From the IMG/VR virus record IMGVR_UViG_3300044715_001755: 20,000 nucleotides of DNA; one strand, 5' to 3'. The notes beneath the pieces were generated by a model. That model did no database searches. It was not told the DNA's origin and saw nothing but the letters and a program-made list of their open reading frames with translations. Below are positions 7,931-16,468 of the stretch, in pieces. Positions within the stretch are counted from its first letter, which is position 1. Each line of letters begins with the position of its first letter. The DNA is from an uncultured virus (IMG/VR IMGVR_UViG_3300044715_001755). Its lineage: Duplodnaviria > Heunggongvirae > Uroviricota > Caudoviricetes. Both the position numbers and the translations under genes were made by a program.

Positions 7931-8779
7931 ATGAAAAGATTTAAAAAACTATCCGATTTTTCTCAATCGCTAAATGAGGATGATATATCAAGTCTCACAA
8001 ATGCCCACCCTTGGGAAGAGATCAGTAAAATGGGTACAAAACTCGTAAAAGGTCAGCCAATTCAACTAACGGCTAATCTTTTTGGAACAGGTGTAGATAG
8101 AATAGATGTCAATTCCACATCATTTCAAGATGCAGTCCAGATTATAAGATGGCTGTATGTACAGAGTTACAGCGGTGCCGTTCCTCAACAGGGGGCAAAA
8201 TTGATAATTAGAGGCTCCGCATCAGCAGTCGGTTCTAGTTCTGGGTATGACAACTTCGCTTTAGCGCAGAGAAGGGCAAAAAATCTATACAATGCTTTGG
8301 AGATATGGTTTGATAAAAACCATCCAAAAACGGATATTAAACCGGGCGAGGTCGAGGGCCTAACAGAGGATGTATATTGGTCATACATAGAAAAGTACGT
8401 ACCTATTAAGCAAGAAGCTGTAGTTGGAAGCGCAACCAGAAAAGGTTCACCTGAAGCATTAGCTGAGCAATGTGTGTATCTAATATGGGTACCTGTAGGT
8501 CAAAAAAACGATTTTCAATATGATTTGGTACAGCCTATAGATGACACGAGAACAGTACTTCCTCAACCACCAATAAGTATTATTAAACCAGTAAACCCAG
8601 GTTTTAGTTTTAAAATAGAAAGATGCGGCTGCTGCGGAAGGCCATTCACGCAAAACGATCAATATTCTTGGGTTATGCAGAGATATCTTTGGTCTCTTAA
8701 TGAACTTAAAAGTGGGTGGTTGAAAACTAAAATGGGTGATACTGTTTGGAGCTGGCTTATTAATATGTCAAAAAAATAA
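7931..8779 (+). CDS. OmpA_C-like domain protein with CTS-like tag and C-terminal CGCC motif
   Basis: Start at ATG 7931 (MKRFKKLSDFSQSLNE); LIIRGSASAVG...YDNFALAQRRAKNL matches the OmpA_C pattern GxxS...NxxLSxxRA; ERCGCCGRP near the end. Confidence 0.6.
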   Translation: MKRFKKLSDFSQSLNEDDISSLTNAHPWEEISKMGTKLVKGQPIQLTANLFGTGVDRIDVNSTSFQDAVQIIRWLYVQSYSGAVPQQGAKLIIRGSASAVGSSSGYDNFALAQRRAKNLYNALEIWFDKNHPKTDIKPGEVEGLTEDVYWSYIEKYVPIKQEAVVGSATRKGSPEALAEQCVYLIWVPVGQKNDFQYDLVQPIDDTRTVLPQPPISIIKPVNPGFSFKIERCGCCGRPFTQNDQYSWVMQRYLWSLNELKSGWLKTKMGDTVWSWLINMSKK

Positions 8780-8797
8780 AAAAAAAAATTCAGATAT

Positions 8798-8827
8798 AAA
8801 AGATGATCCTAGGATCATCTTTTTTTT
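8798..8827 (+). terminator. Intrinsic terminator (perfect palindrome)
   Basis: AAAAGATGATCCT|AGGATCATCTTTT followed by a T run. Confidence 0.8.
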
Positions 8828-8843
8828 CTTATATCAACAAAAA

Positions 8844-9143
8844 ATGGCAAAAACTCTATCTTCTTTCAGACCATCCGTTGCAAATAATGCATGGATGTTC
8901 TCAGTCACTTCAGAAAACAAGAATGAGCTTGAAAAAGCTTTAGCTAATTTAAAAGGAGTGCATTCTTCCAAATTAATAAATTCTAGAATAATAGACGACC
9001 CGGATGTTATAGGAAACTATACTCTAGGAGGGACGTGTAAAACCAAAGACGACGTTAGTCTAATTATACTTTTTATAGAGAACTCGCTGCACAAACACGA
9101 AATAATAGACGATAGTTACGACTGGCCATATTCCAACGATTAG
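8844..9143 (+). CDS. Hypothetical protein (99 aa)
   Basis: Best start is ATG 8844 (MAKTLSSF) after an A-rich leader; the longer ORF-track start would run through the terminator. Confidence 0.7.
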   Translation: MAKTLSSFRPSVANNAWMFSVTSENKNELEKALANLKGVHSSKLINSRIIDDPDVIGNYTLGGTCKTKDDVSLIILFIENSLHKHEIIDDSYDWPYSND

Positions 9144-9167
9144 TTGGCAGAATTATATTGGTCCTGT

Positions 9168-9177
9168 AAATATATAG
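9168..9177 (+). promoter_or_regulatory. AATATATAG variant of the putative late promoter
   Basis: Lies 18 nt upstream of ATG 9196. Confidence 0.5.
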
Positions 9178-9195
9178 TCTAAAAAAAGACTAACC

Positions 9196-9348
9196 ATGGC
9201 CAAGAAAACAACCACCTCCTCATCCACACAGCACAAGGCAAAGCCTAGAAGAAAAAGACCGGGCGTTCACTCGAAAACAAAATCATCCAACCTAAAATCT
9301 TCTAAATTGTGGAAGAAGATTAATAGAGGCCAAGGTTCAAAAAGATAA
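9196..9348 (+). CDS. Small very basic protein (50 aa), absent from the ORF track
   Basis: MAKKTTTSSSTQHKAKPRRKRPGVHSKTKSSNLKSSKLWKKINRGQGSKR*; RGQG-ending basic peptide type I recall from phages. Confidence 0.75.
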   Translation: MAKKTTTSSSTQHKAKPRRKRPGVHSKTKSSNLKSSKLWKKINRGQGSKR

Positions 9349-9358
9349 TTCTATTAAC

Positions 9359-9667
9359 ATGAGTATAAATGAAATAGAACAGATAAAGAACGATATAATA
9401 AGCCACAGATGCTGGATTAGATCGGTCGTTAAATCGGTAAATACACCGGATCAATTAGAATCAGCACAAAGACTGGTTGGAAATTGGAAAACCCTTACAT
9501 ACAAAAAGATAGATTCCTTTAAGCCTTCATTTTTCTCATCCAATAGTGGATGGAGAAGTCTTCTGGAACTTTTCATAAGAGTAGAAAAGGAATTAGAATC
9601 ACACTTAGCCGGTAAAAAGGCTTTAATCAGAATAAAACATTTAGAAGACGTTTACGAAAATGCATAA
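9359..9667 (+). CDS. Hypothetical protein
   Basis: 102-aa ORF in operon context, overlapping the next start. Confidence 0.7.
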   Translation: MSINEIEQIKNDIISHRCWIRSVVKSVNTPDQLESAQRLVGNWKTLTYKKIDSFKPSFFSSNSGWRSLLELFIRVEKELESHLAGKKALIRIKHLEDVYENA

Positions 9668-10142
9668 GGTAGAAAAATTCAGTGACTATCTCTCACAGAT
9701 AGAAGTAATGCCGCAGGTTAACAACGGGGAACCTTTCAGTATAGATGGGGAGAATATATCTCCATTATGTTGCTCCCTCATGGGACACATGATGCAGGAT
9801 ATGCCTTTCCCTGAAGAGTCAATACCCTCTGTAATTTTCATAGAAGAAGAACAGCCAGATACGCATCCAGCTTTTAAAAGAACTGGGTACTATGACTTTA
9901 AGGATAACTGCATAAACATATACGTTACAGGCAGAGCACTTAAGGACATACTGAGATCAATCGCTCACGAGCTAATCCACGCAGACCAGCATATCAATAA
10001 GGGGCTAGATTTAAGTCCCGCAGTTACAGGATTAGGTGAGGATTCCACTAAAGCCGCTGAAGAGATAGAAGCTGATGCATATCTAAGAGGAAATCTTGGA
10101 CTTAGAAAATGGGAGGATAGATTGAAACCGAAATTCAGATGA
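9660..10142 (+). CDS. Zincin-like metallopeptidase (HExxH)
   Basis: GYYD...INIYV...DILRSIAHELIHADQ...EIEADAY; N-terminus MHKVEKFSDYL. Confidence 0.75.
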   Translation: MHKVEKFSDYLSQIEVMPQVNNGEPFSIDGENISPLCCSLMGHMMQDMPFPEESIPSVIFIEEEQPDTHPAFKRTGYYDFKDNCINIYVTGRALKDILRSIAHELIHADQHINKGLDLSPAVTGLGEDSTKAAEEIEADAYLRGNLGLRKWEDRLKPKFR

Positions 10143-11395
10143 TAGAAAGAGTTAAGAAATACAGGGATCTATTTGAGGGATATCAGGATTCTGAATCGGG
10201 TAAGGAGGAGTCCAGGGGTCTAACTGAGGACCAGATTAAATTTTTAGATCTGCACTGCAGACAAAAAGGATCATGGACATATAACGATGTAACAGGAAAG
10301 GTGGACATCAATGGGGATTTCGATGCGAGGGATTATGCACTATATGATCTAGAGGATATAGAATTTGGTGTTGTTACGGGAGTTTTTTTAATATCATCTA
10401 ATAACCTAAAAACTTTAAAGGGATGCCCAGAAGTTGTAGGAGGTGATTTCTCGTGTAAAAGGAATAAGAGATTAGAGTCCCTCGAATTTGGTCCGAAAAA
10501 GGTAGGTGGGGATTATCATTGCAATTCATGTAGCTTAGATTCTCTAAAAGGATCACCGGAAGAGGTAAAAGGTTACTTTGATTTCTCAGGTAATTACATT
10601 TACACACTAGAAGGAGGGCCTAAGGTTGTAGGAGAATCTTTTGTGGGTAAATTAAACAGTATAGAGAGTGTTGAGGGTGCTCCAAATTTTGTTGGTGGCA
10701 GTTTCAACTTAGCACAGAATAACATAAAGAATCTAAAAGGATGCACTAAAGAAATCGAAGGTGATTTTATTATGTACTCAAACGATCTGGTTAGCTTAGA
10801 GGGAGGACCCACTAAGATTGATAAATCAGCAGATTATTTGATTTACTCAAACTCAAATCTAAAATCTCTGAAAGGATGTCCGGAGGAAACCGGTGATTTC
10901 GATGCATCAGGATGTGGATTAGAAACACTAGAGGGATCTCCTAAAATAGTTAACGGTTACTTTAATGTCTCTGAAAATAAATTAACAAGTCTAGAGGGTT
11001 CACCTGAAGAAGTTATAGGTTTATACAATTGCTCAGGCAATGAAATTAAGGACGTGGTTGGTATATCGGAATTCATAGATGGAACTATAGATCTAGAGGA
11101 CAATCCTATTGAATCACTAAAAGGATTTAATTACGAGGATCCAAAATTTCAGCTAGCTAGAACAATATGGATGACTGATCAAGACGACATGCCAAAGGAA
11201 TTTTTAAAGGACATAGCAAAGACATGCTATGCATACAAAATCTCATGGGAGCAAGGCATTATCAAGGAATGGGACAAAATGACCGACGGAGAAAAGGTTA
11301 GAATATATAAACAGGCGAAAGACTTCCTATCCGAAGAAGACCTTAAGTACTACGGAGCTATGGAGAGATATCTTAACATGAAAAACCTATTATAG
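10139..11395 (+). CDS. 21-aa LRR protein (about 11-12 repeats)
   Basis: Cap WTYNDVTGKVDINGDF; repeats LxSLEGxPxxVxGxFxxxxN; tail LSEEDLKYYGAMERYLNMKNLL. Confidence 0.85.
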   Translation: MIERVKKYRDLFEGYQDSESGKEESRGLTEDQIKFLDLHCRQKGSWTYNDVTGKVDINGDFDARDYALYDLEDIEFGVVTGVFLISSNNLKTLKGCPEVVGGDFSCKRNKRLESLEFGPKKVGGDYHCNSCSLDSLKGSPEEVKGYFDFSGNYIYTLEGGPKVVGESFVGKLNSIESVEGAPNFVGGSFNLAQNNIKNLKGCTKEIEGDFIMYSNDLVSLEGGPTKIDKSADYLIYSNSNLKSLKGCPEETGDFDASGCGLETLEGSPKIVNGYFNVSENKLTSLEGSPEEVIGLYNCSGNEIKDVVGISEFIDGTIDLEDNPIESLKGFNYEDPKFQLARTIWMTDQDDMPKEFLKDIAKTCYAYKISWEQGIIKEWDKMTDGEKVRIYKQAKDFLSEEDLKYYGAMERYLNMKNLL

Positions 11396-11453
11396 AAACA
11401 CCTATCCCAATTAAATACACGGCAGCATCTATACATTAAAATAATAAATAATT

Positions 11454-11810
11454 ATGAAATACTTAAAGAAATTTAACGAGAGCAACACCAATTTACCATT
11501 TAGAAACGAAGATCTTGTCAAAGACTCTGACATCGGTACATATGAACTATATCTTGATGGAGGTACCTGCTGGGGAATAACATTCCCAAATGGTTATATG
11601 GAAGTTGAAGAGGGTCCACATGAGAGTGTTGGCTATATGAATGGCGAAATAAATGGCATTGCAGTATCGGCAAAAGGATATGACGTACCTAGAATACCTG
11701 ACAAATACTGGATGGGTGAAATGTCAAAGGATGAATTGTTAAAATTTTTAGATAGCGTTATTAGCGGATACGACGATATTGCTAAAGAACCATTTAGATA
11801 TAAAATGTAA
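11454..11810 (+). CDS. Hypothetical protein with CTS-like tag
   Basis: 118 aa beginning MKYLKKFNES. Confidence 0.8.
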   Translation: MKYLKKFNESNTNLPFRNEDLVKDSDIGTYELYLDGGTCWGITFPNGYMEVEEGPHESVGYMNGEINGIAVSAKGYDVPRIPDKYWMGEMSKDELLKFLDSVISGYDDIAKEPFRYKM

Positions 11811-11811
11811 A

Positions 11812-12456
11812 ATGAAACACGTAAAAGTATTTGAAAATTTTATCAACGAGGGTATCTTTGATTCTTTAGGACTTGGTAAAATTAAGTTATTTTCTAAAGT
11901 GATGACTGACCCGTTTATTTTATCGATACTTCCAGCCATTAAGAAAATGATGGATGCAAATCTAAAGGATCAAAAAAGCTGGATAGAGGAATATAAGACA
12001 ATTTTCAGAAAATCTTGCGTTAAATTCGGCGGAGCTAAGAAGGAGGATATAAAGGGAACGTGCAACAAACCGCAGACAGTTCAGAATTTAGTACAGTACT
12101 TTTTAGATCCAGCTAAGGGACTTCTAGACACAAAGACGTTTACACAATGGGTAGAGGAAACCACAAAAGGTGCTACGCCAGGTGAGGTTCCTTATAAATA
12201 TAAAATCAGCGATGTAGACAAATACGTAACAACAGCTGTTGATATTTTAAAGAAAACTGGTGTTTCTGATGGTGACATTAAGAAGACAGGAACTTACGCT
12301 TTAACAATACTGATTCCTTATATTGCTAAATTTTATACAGCTAAGGACATTGAAGAAACACAGATGGTGAAAAGCGGAAAACTAATAGACGCAGCTAAAG
12401 CTAAAGAATTGCTTGCAGGTGGAGGTGAAAACCCCGACGGAACCATATCAATATAA
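11812..12456 (+). CDS. Hypothetical protein with CTS-like tag
   Basis: Start at ATG 11812 (MKHVKVFENFINEG), 1 nt after the previous stop. Confidence 0.82.
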   Translation: MKHVKVFENFINEGIFDSLGLGKIKLFSKVMTDPFILSILPAIKKMMDANLKDQKSWIEEYKTIFRKSCVKFGGAKKEDIKGTCNKPQTVQNLVQYFLDPAKGLLDTKTFTQWVEETTKGATPGEVPYKYKISDVDKYVTTAVDILKKTGVSDGDIKKTGTYALTILIPYIAKFYTAKDIEETQMVKSGKLIDAAKAKELLAGGGENPDGTISI

Positions 12457-12462
12457 AAGATC

Positions 12463-13527
12463 ATGAAAGCGTTACAACGAAATTTTTACTTCTTTATTAC
12501 AGTTCTTGCTTTAAGTTCTTGCGCGAGTTTTGAAAATTTGACCGATGATCGTACACGTGCAGAAGACGATGAAATGTATTGGAATGGAAAGGAATTGTTT
12601 TACGACAATTCACTCGTAGTGGATGCAGCGGGAACAGGTGATGATTACTACGATCATAGTTATACCTCTCGAGCCAATTCATTAAATGGGGGGACAAATC
12701 CAAGAGCAATGTTTAATCCGATTAGCGGTTGGCAATTGAGTTACGGTTTGAATTCGTTTTCCAATTACAACAGTGCATATGGAATGGGTTTTAATTCATT
12801 AAGTCCATACAATTCACACGTTGGATTTGGTAGATACGGTAACTACGGCTACAATCCTTATGGTTATAATTTATATGGATATAACCCATACAGTTCTTTC
12901 AATCCCTATGGATGGTATGGTTACAATCCTTATGGCTATGGCCTTGGCGGATTGGGCTGGGGAGGTTACTGCTATGGAAATGGCTGGTACGGAAACGGAA
13001 ATGGCTGGAATGGTAATGGTGGTGGATGGGGAAGCTCAAACGTGGGTGGTGAAACACCAAATGTTACACACCATCACCGTAGACCTACAAGTGTAGGAAC
13101 CGGGAATTCTTCAACATACGGACGCGGTGTGCTTCAAAAGAGTTTGGTGCAACCTATTAGTGAAGCATCTCGCACACCTCAGTCAGTGGCTACTGCCCGC
13201 TCGAACAATTACAACTATTCAAATCCAACTTATTCAAGACCGTCATCAACGAATACTCAAGCAATTCCATCTTATTCGAGCCCTTCACGATCAACCCCTT
13301 CACACACACGCCCATCGAATTCAGGACCTTCAAGAACGACGCCCCCAACACACACAAGTCCTTCGCGTCCTTCGCCAAGTTACAGTTCGCCATCGCCTTC
13401 AAGATCGGCGCCAACGAAACCTTCAACGAGCTCACCTTCTCCATCTCCATCTCGTTCAACTCCAACGCGCACGAGCCCTGCTCCAAGCTCTCCTACAAGA
13501 ACAACTTCACCAGGTAAGAGACCTTGA
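12463..13527 (+). CDS. Bacteroidota-type lipoprotein with Gly/Tyr/Asn-rich and Pro/Ser/Thr-rich regions
   Basis: Signal peptide ending in lipobox LALSS-C; EDDEMY; GYNPY repeats; SPSRS/SPSRP repeats. Confidence 0.8.
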   Translation: MKALQRNFYFFITVLALSSCASFENLTDDRTRAEDDEMYWNGKELFYDNSLVVDAAGTGDDYYDHSYTSRANSLNGGTNPRAMFNPISGWQLSYGLNSFSNYNSAYGMGFNSLSPYNSHVGFGRYGNYGYNPYGYNLYGYNPYSSFNPYGWYGYNPYGYGLGGLGWGGYCYGNGWYGNGNGWNGNGGGWGSSNVGGETPNVTHHHRRPTSVGTGNSSTYGRGVLQKSLVQPISEASRTPQSVATARSNNYNYSNPTYSRPSSTNTQAIPSYSSPSRSTPSHTRPSNSGPSRTTPPTHTSPSRPSPSYSSPSPSRSAPTKPSTSSPSPSPSRSTPTRTSPAPSSPTRTTSPGKRP

Positions 13528-13596
13528 TGCGAAGCAAGATGTTACAAAAGATATACATCCTCTATTACTCGCATTAAATTATCTATGTCCTTAATT

Positions 13597-13605
13597 GATA
13601 TATAG
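13597..13605 (+). promoter_or_regulatory. GATATATA putative late promoter
   Basis: GATATATAG-acat-ATG (ATG at 13610). Confidence 0.6.
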
Positions 13606-13609
13606 ACAT

Positions 13610-13930
13610 ATGGAAAACATTGAGCTTTACGAGTTTTTTAATATAATGGGAAAAAGCAAGGAAAAATCCCTCAAAATATTATTCTGCGATTCAAAAGGAT
13701 TGGTTCTAGAATCGGATTCACTTTCAGATTGCATTCATATACTACCAGGTCTGAGTGAACTTGAATTACCCGGAGAAGATAATTTCTCATCTGTTATCAT
13801 CTTTTTTAAGGATGGTAAATGTGCAGGTGGATACGAAAACGGTTCCCAGGTAATCACTTGGAACGCTACTAATGAGATAAAGGATCTGAATATATTTGAT
13901 CTATTAAGTGAATATAACATCTCTATTTAA
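13610..13930 (+). CDS. Hypothetical protein with weak CTS-like tag
   Basis: Start at ATG 13610 (MENIELYEFFN). Confidence 0.72.
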   Translation: MENIELYEFFNIMGKSKEKSLKILFCDSKGLVLESDSLSDCIHILPGLSELELPGEDNFSSVIIFFKDGKCAGGYENGSQVITWNATNEIKDLNIFDLLSEYNISI

Positions 13931-13931
13931 A

Positions 13932-15350
13932 ATGAGGATAATTAACAAATTCGAGCTATTTGAAGCTCTAAACGAGGGGTCTAGAGAGATCCCGTCTAAT
14001 ATAATAATAGGTGATTCTCTATCACCTCTTATTGACAGAAACACAACAAAGGCTTCCCTTATAGGAAGTACAGGAAACGAGTCTAACCTTTGGAAAGGCG
14101 GAATGGGGGTTTCTTGGTTAAAAGGAGCTGTTGATAAGTTCCCGGCAACTCCAGGTGTCAAAAATGTAATCATTGAAATTGGAACTAACGGTGCATTTAG
14201 TTCCAGGGATGATATATCAGGTCTCGTTTCTTCAATTAAAAAGGTGTTTCCAAATGCGAAACTCTATGTTGTACAGGGGTCATGGGGATGGGGAGGCAAC
14301 GCGAAAGTAACAATAAGCGAAGTCACCGAATACTATAATAGATTCAAAGCTCTTGGGGTTGTAGTCGTTGAGCCACCAATTGGATATTCTGCAACCGACA
14401 CTGAGGCACACCAAAACAAGGAATCAATTAAAAAAATAGGAAAAAACATAGATGCTGTATTATCAGGGCAGTCACAGGTCCCAACCAATCAAAGCCCAAT
14501 AGGTGCAGATGACGTCATAATAAAAACTGATCCATCAGATAAGGATACTGTGATCTATAAATCAAAGAGTGATCCCTACTACTATAAGATAGTAAATGGC
14601 ATATGGTTTGCTAAGGGTCCAAAATTAAAGCAATGGACATCACTAGAAAAAAATCAATTAGCAAACAATATACTTGATAAAAGATATCCTGGTGTTAGAT
14701 CCGGATCTGGTGAGATACAATATAAGGAACCGGTAAAAGTGGATCCTGAAAAGATAAGTGGGGATTTTATTAGCTCTGGCTCATTTGATCCCGAGAAAGA
14801 GGATGCAGGGATATCTAAAACTTACAACATACATCTTATACCTGATAATCTATCCACAACCAAGCCTAATTACAGAAGTGCACAGATGCCACTCAAAGAT
14901 CTTAAGTATTTCCTAGAGAAGTATGGTATAAGAAACGTTATTAGACTAAATGGGGACGGCGGGGACAGCAAACACAGAAAGTCAGATCCAGAAACTTCCA
15001 TACAGGAGGAGAAAAATCTGTGCAATAGCTTGGGTGTTAAATTCAATAAGCTATCTTCAACAAAGGATCAGGATAAAGTAAACGAGATACTCTCGGGAGG
15101 TAACACTCTAATACACTGCGCTCATGGAGCAGATAGGACTGGCGGTAATGTAGGAGGGTATTTCTACACCAAGAAGGTAAATTCAAATCTAGACTCGACA
15201 GATGAAATCTGGAATTACACTACGAAATATAACGGATGGAATAGGATGGTGAAGAATAGCCCAGACAAGTTCTCTTCGGGTGGATATCTTAGGCAAGCTC
15301 AAAAATTCGGGGTTAGGGATCTGGAGCAAGCAAAGTTGCTAGCCAAATAA
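13932..15350 (+). CDS. SGNH/GDSL hydrolase fused to a Cys-dependent (PTP/DSP-type) phosphatase, with CTS-like tag
   Basis: Start MRIINKFELFEALNE; SGNH blocks IIGDSL and VIIEIGTNGAF; phosphatase motifs YRSAQ, IRNVIRL and LIHCAHGADRTG (CX5R, about 15114-15143). Confidence 0.8.
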   Translation: MRIINKFELFEALNEGSREIPSNIIIGDSLSPLIDRNTTKASLIGSTGNESNLWKGGMGVSWLKGAVDKFPATPGVKNVIIEIGTNGAFSSRDDISGLVSSIKKVFPNAKLYVVQGSWGWGGNAKVTISEVTEYYNRFKALGVVVVEPPIGYSATDTEAHQNKESIKKIGKNIDAVLSGQSQVPTNQSPIGADDVIIKTDPSDKDTVIYKSKSDPYYYKIVNGIWFAKGPKLKQWTSLEKNQLANNILDKRYPGVRSGSGEIQYKEPVKVDPEKISGDFISSGSFDPEKEDAGISKTYNIHLIPDNLSTTKPNYRSAQMPLKDLKYFLEKYGIRNVIRLNGDGGDSKHRKSDPETSIQEEKNLCNSLGVKFNKLSSTKDQDKVNEILSGGNTLIHCAHGADRTGGNVGGYFYTKKVNSNLDSTDEIWNYTTKYNGWNRMVKNSPDKFSSGGYLRQAQKFGVRDLEQAKLLAK

Positions 15351-15354
15351 AATT

Positions 15355-15383
15355 AAAAAAGCAATCAATCGATTGCTTTTTTT
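15355..15383. terminator. Bidirectional intrinsic terminator
   Basis: AAAAAAGCAATC-aatc-GATTGCTTTTTT between convergent genes. Confidence 0.85.
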
Positions 15384-15396
15384 GTGACCTAATGTT

Positions 15397-16455
15397 TTAT
15401 ATGATTCTTCCCCTGTACCTAGATAATGCCTCATATCCTTTCTTCTCCTCAGGAGAGAGATCTTGGTTATGCTTGGCTAGGTAGATTCGGTCTTCCTCTG
15501 TGGTATTATTCCAGCACAGTGCCACTGCCTCTTCAAAAGTAATATTTTCTTCCTCCATGGATAAAAAAATCTTCCGGACAGCAGCTTGAGTGATCGGATT
15601 GGCTGAGAAGTATATTTCTCCTTCCACAATCTGGGGTGCTCCCTCCAAAGAGGTAATGTTATTTGCTCTGCAATAAAAAGAACCCTCTATAATCCGTGGT
15701 GCCCCCTTTAAAGAGGTAAGCGAGTTGTCGGAGCAATCAAAATACGAGTTTATTATTTCCGGTGCCCCATCTAAGGAGGTAAGCTGGTTTTTAGAACACA
15801 TATGTCCTCCGCCTACTTTCTGTGGGCCTCCTTCTAATGATTTAAGATTGTCACCGGAGCATTCAAAAGTTCCCTTTATGATCTGTGGTGCCCCCTTTAG
15901 AGAGGTGAGAGGATTTCTGGAGCAATCGAAACTATTTTCTATAGTCTGAGGTGCTCCCTTTAGAGAAGTGAGCAAGTTATCGGAACAATTGTATGCACCA
16001 CCCACGCTCAGCGGTGCTTTCTCTAAAGATGTGATTGAATTATAGGAGAAATTGAAATTGCCACCTATCTTCTGGGGTGCTCCCTCTAGGGATGTCAGTT
16101 TGTTACCGGAACAATGAAAATGCCCGCCCACTTCCTGAGGTGCTCCTTTTAGAGATGTGAGTCTGTTGTTACTGCAATCGAAACCTCCTCTAATTACTTT
16201 TAGGGGTGCTCCTTCCAGAGAGGTGAGATAATTATTAGGGAAAGCGAAATGTCTACTAACGTTACCAAATCTCACTCCTTTAAAATCTGTCAGATTTCCC
16301 CAGGAGCATCTAAAATCACCATCGATATCAACAAGTCCAGTCTCTGGATTAATCGTCCAGGTTCCCTTTACGCACTCGTCAAGCCATTCTCTCTGCTCCA
16401 GATTGAGCTCCTGCACGTTTTCGTATAGCTCGTGATATCCTTTAATGTGTCTCAT
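15397..16455 (-). CDS. 21-aa LRR protein, 10 core repeats
   Basis: LTSLEGAPxxVGGxFxCSxN repeats with shared N-cap and C-cap. Confidence 0.9.
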   Translation of the reverse strand: MRHIKGYHELYENVQELNLEQREWLDECVKGTWTINPETGLVDIDGDFRCSWGNLTDFKGVRFGNVSRHFAFPNNYLTSLEGAPLKVIRGGFDCSNNRLTSLKGAPQEVGGHFHCSGNKLTSLEGAPQKIGGNFNFSYNSITSLEKAPLSVGGAYNCSDNLLTSLKGAPQTIENSFDCSRNPLTSLKGAPQIIKGTFECSGDNLKSLEGGPQKVGGGHMCSKNQLTSLDGAPEIINSYFDCSDNSLTSLKGAPRIIEGSFYCRANNITSLEGAPQIVEGEIYFSANPITQAAVRKIFLSMEEENITFEEAVALCWNNTTEEDRIYLAKHNQDLSPEEKKGYEALSRYRGRII

Positions 16456-16459
16456 GTTT

Positions 16460-16468
16460 CTATATATT
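16460..16468 (-). promoter_or_regulatory. AATATATAG variant of the putative late promoter
   Basis: Minus strand reads AATATATAG-aaac-ATG and overlaps the upstream stop codon. Confidence 0.5.

Noticed and set aside
8770..8788. Poly-A tract as a phase-variation site
   Set aside because: It spans the stop codon and intergenic DNA before a terminator, with no disrupted gene evident.
11396..11453. Third class B promoter (CATCTATAC) upstream of 11454
   Set aside because: Poor match to TGTCTATAAT and no AAC at the expected spacing.
1665..13932. Longest-ORF starts at 1701, 7898, 8736, 11779, 13595 and 13908
   Set aside because: They overlap upstream genes, promoter motifs or a terminator. Downstream ATGs give clean junctions and, in most cases, expose the shared N-terminal tag.
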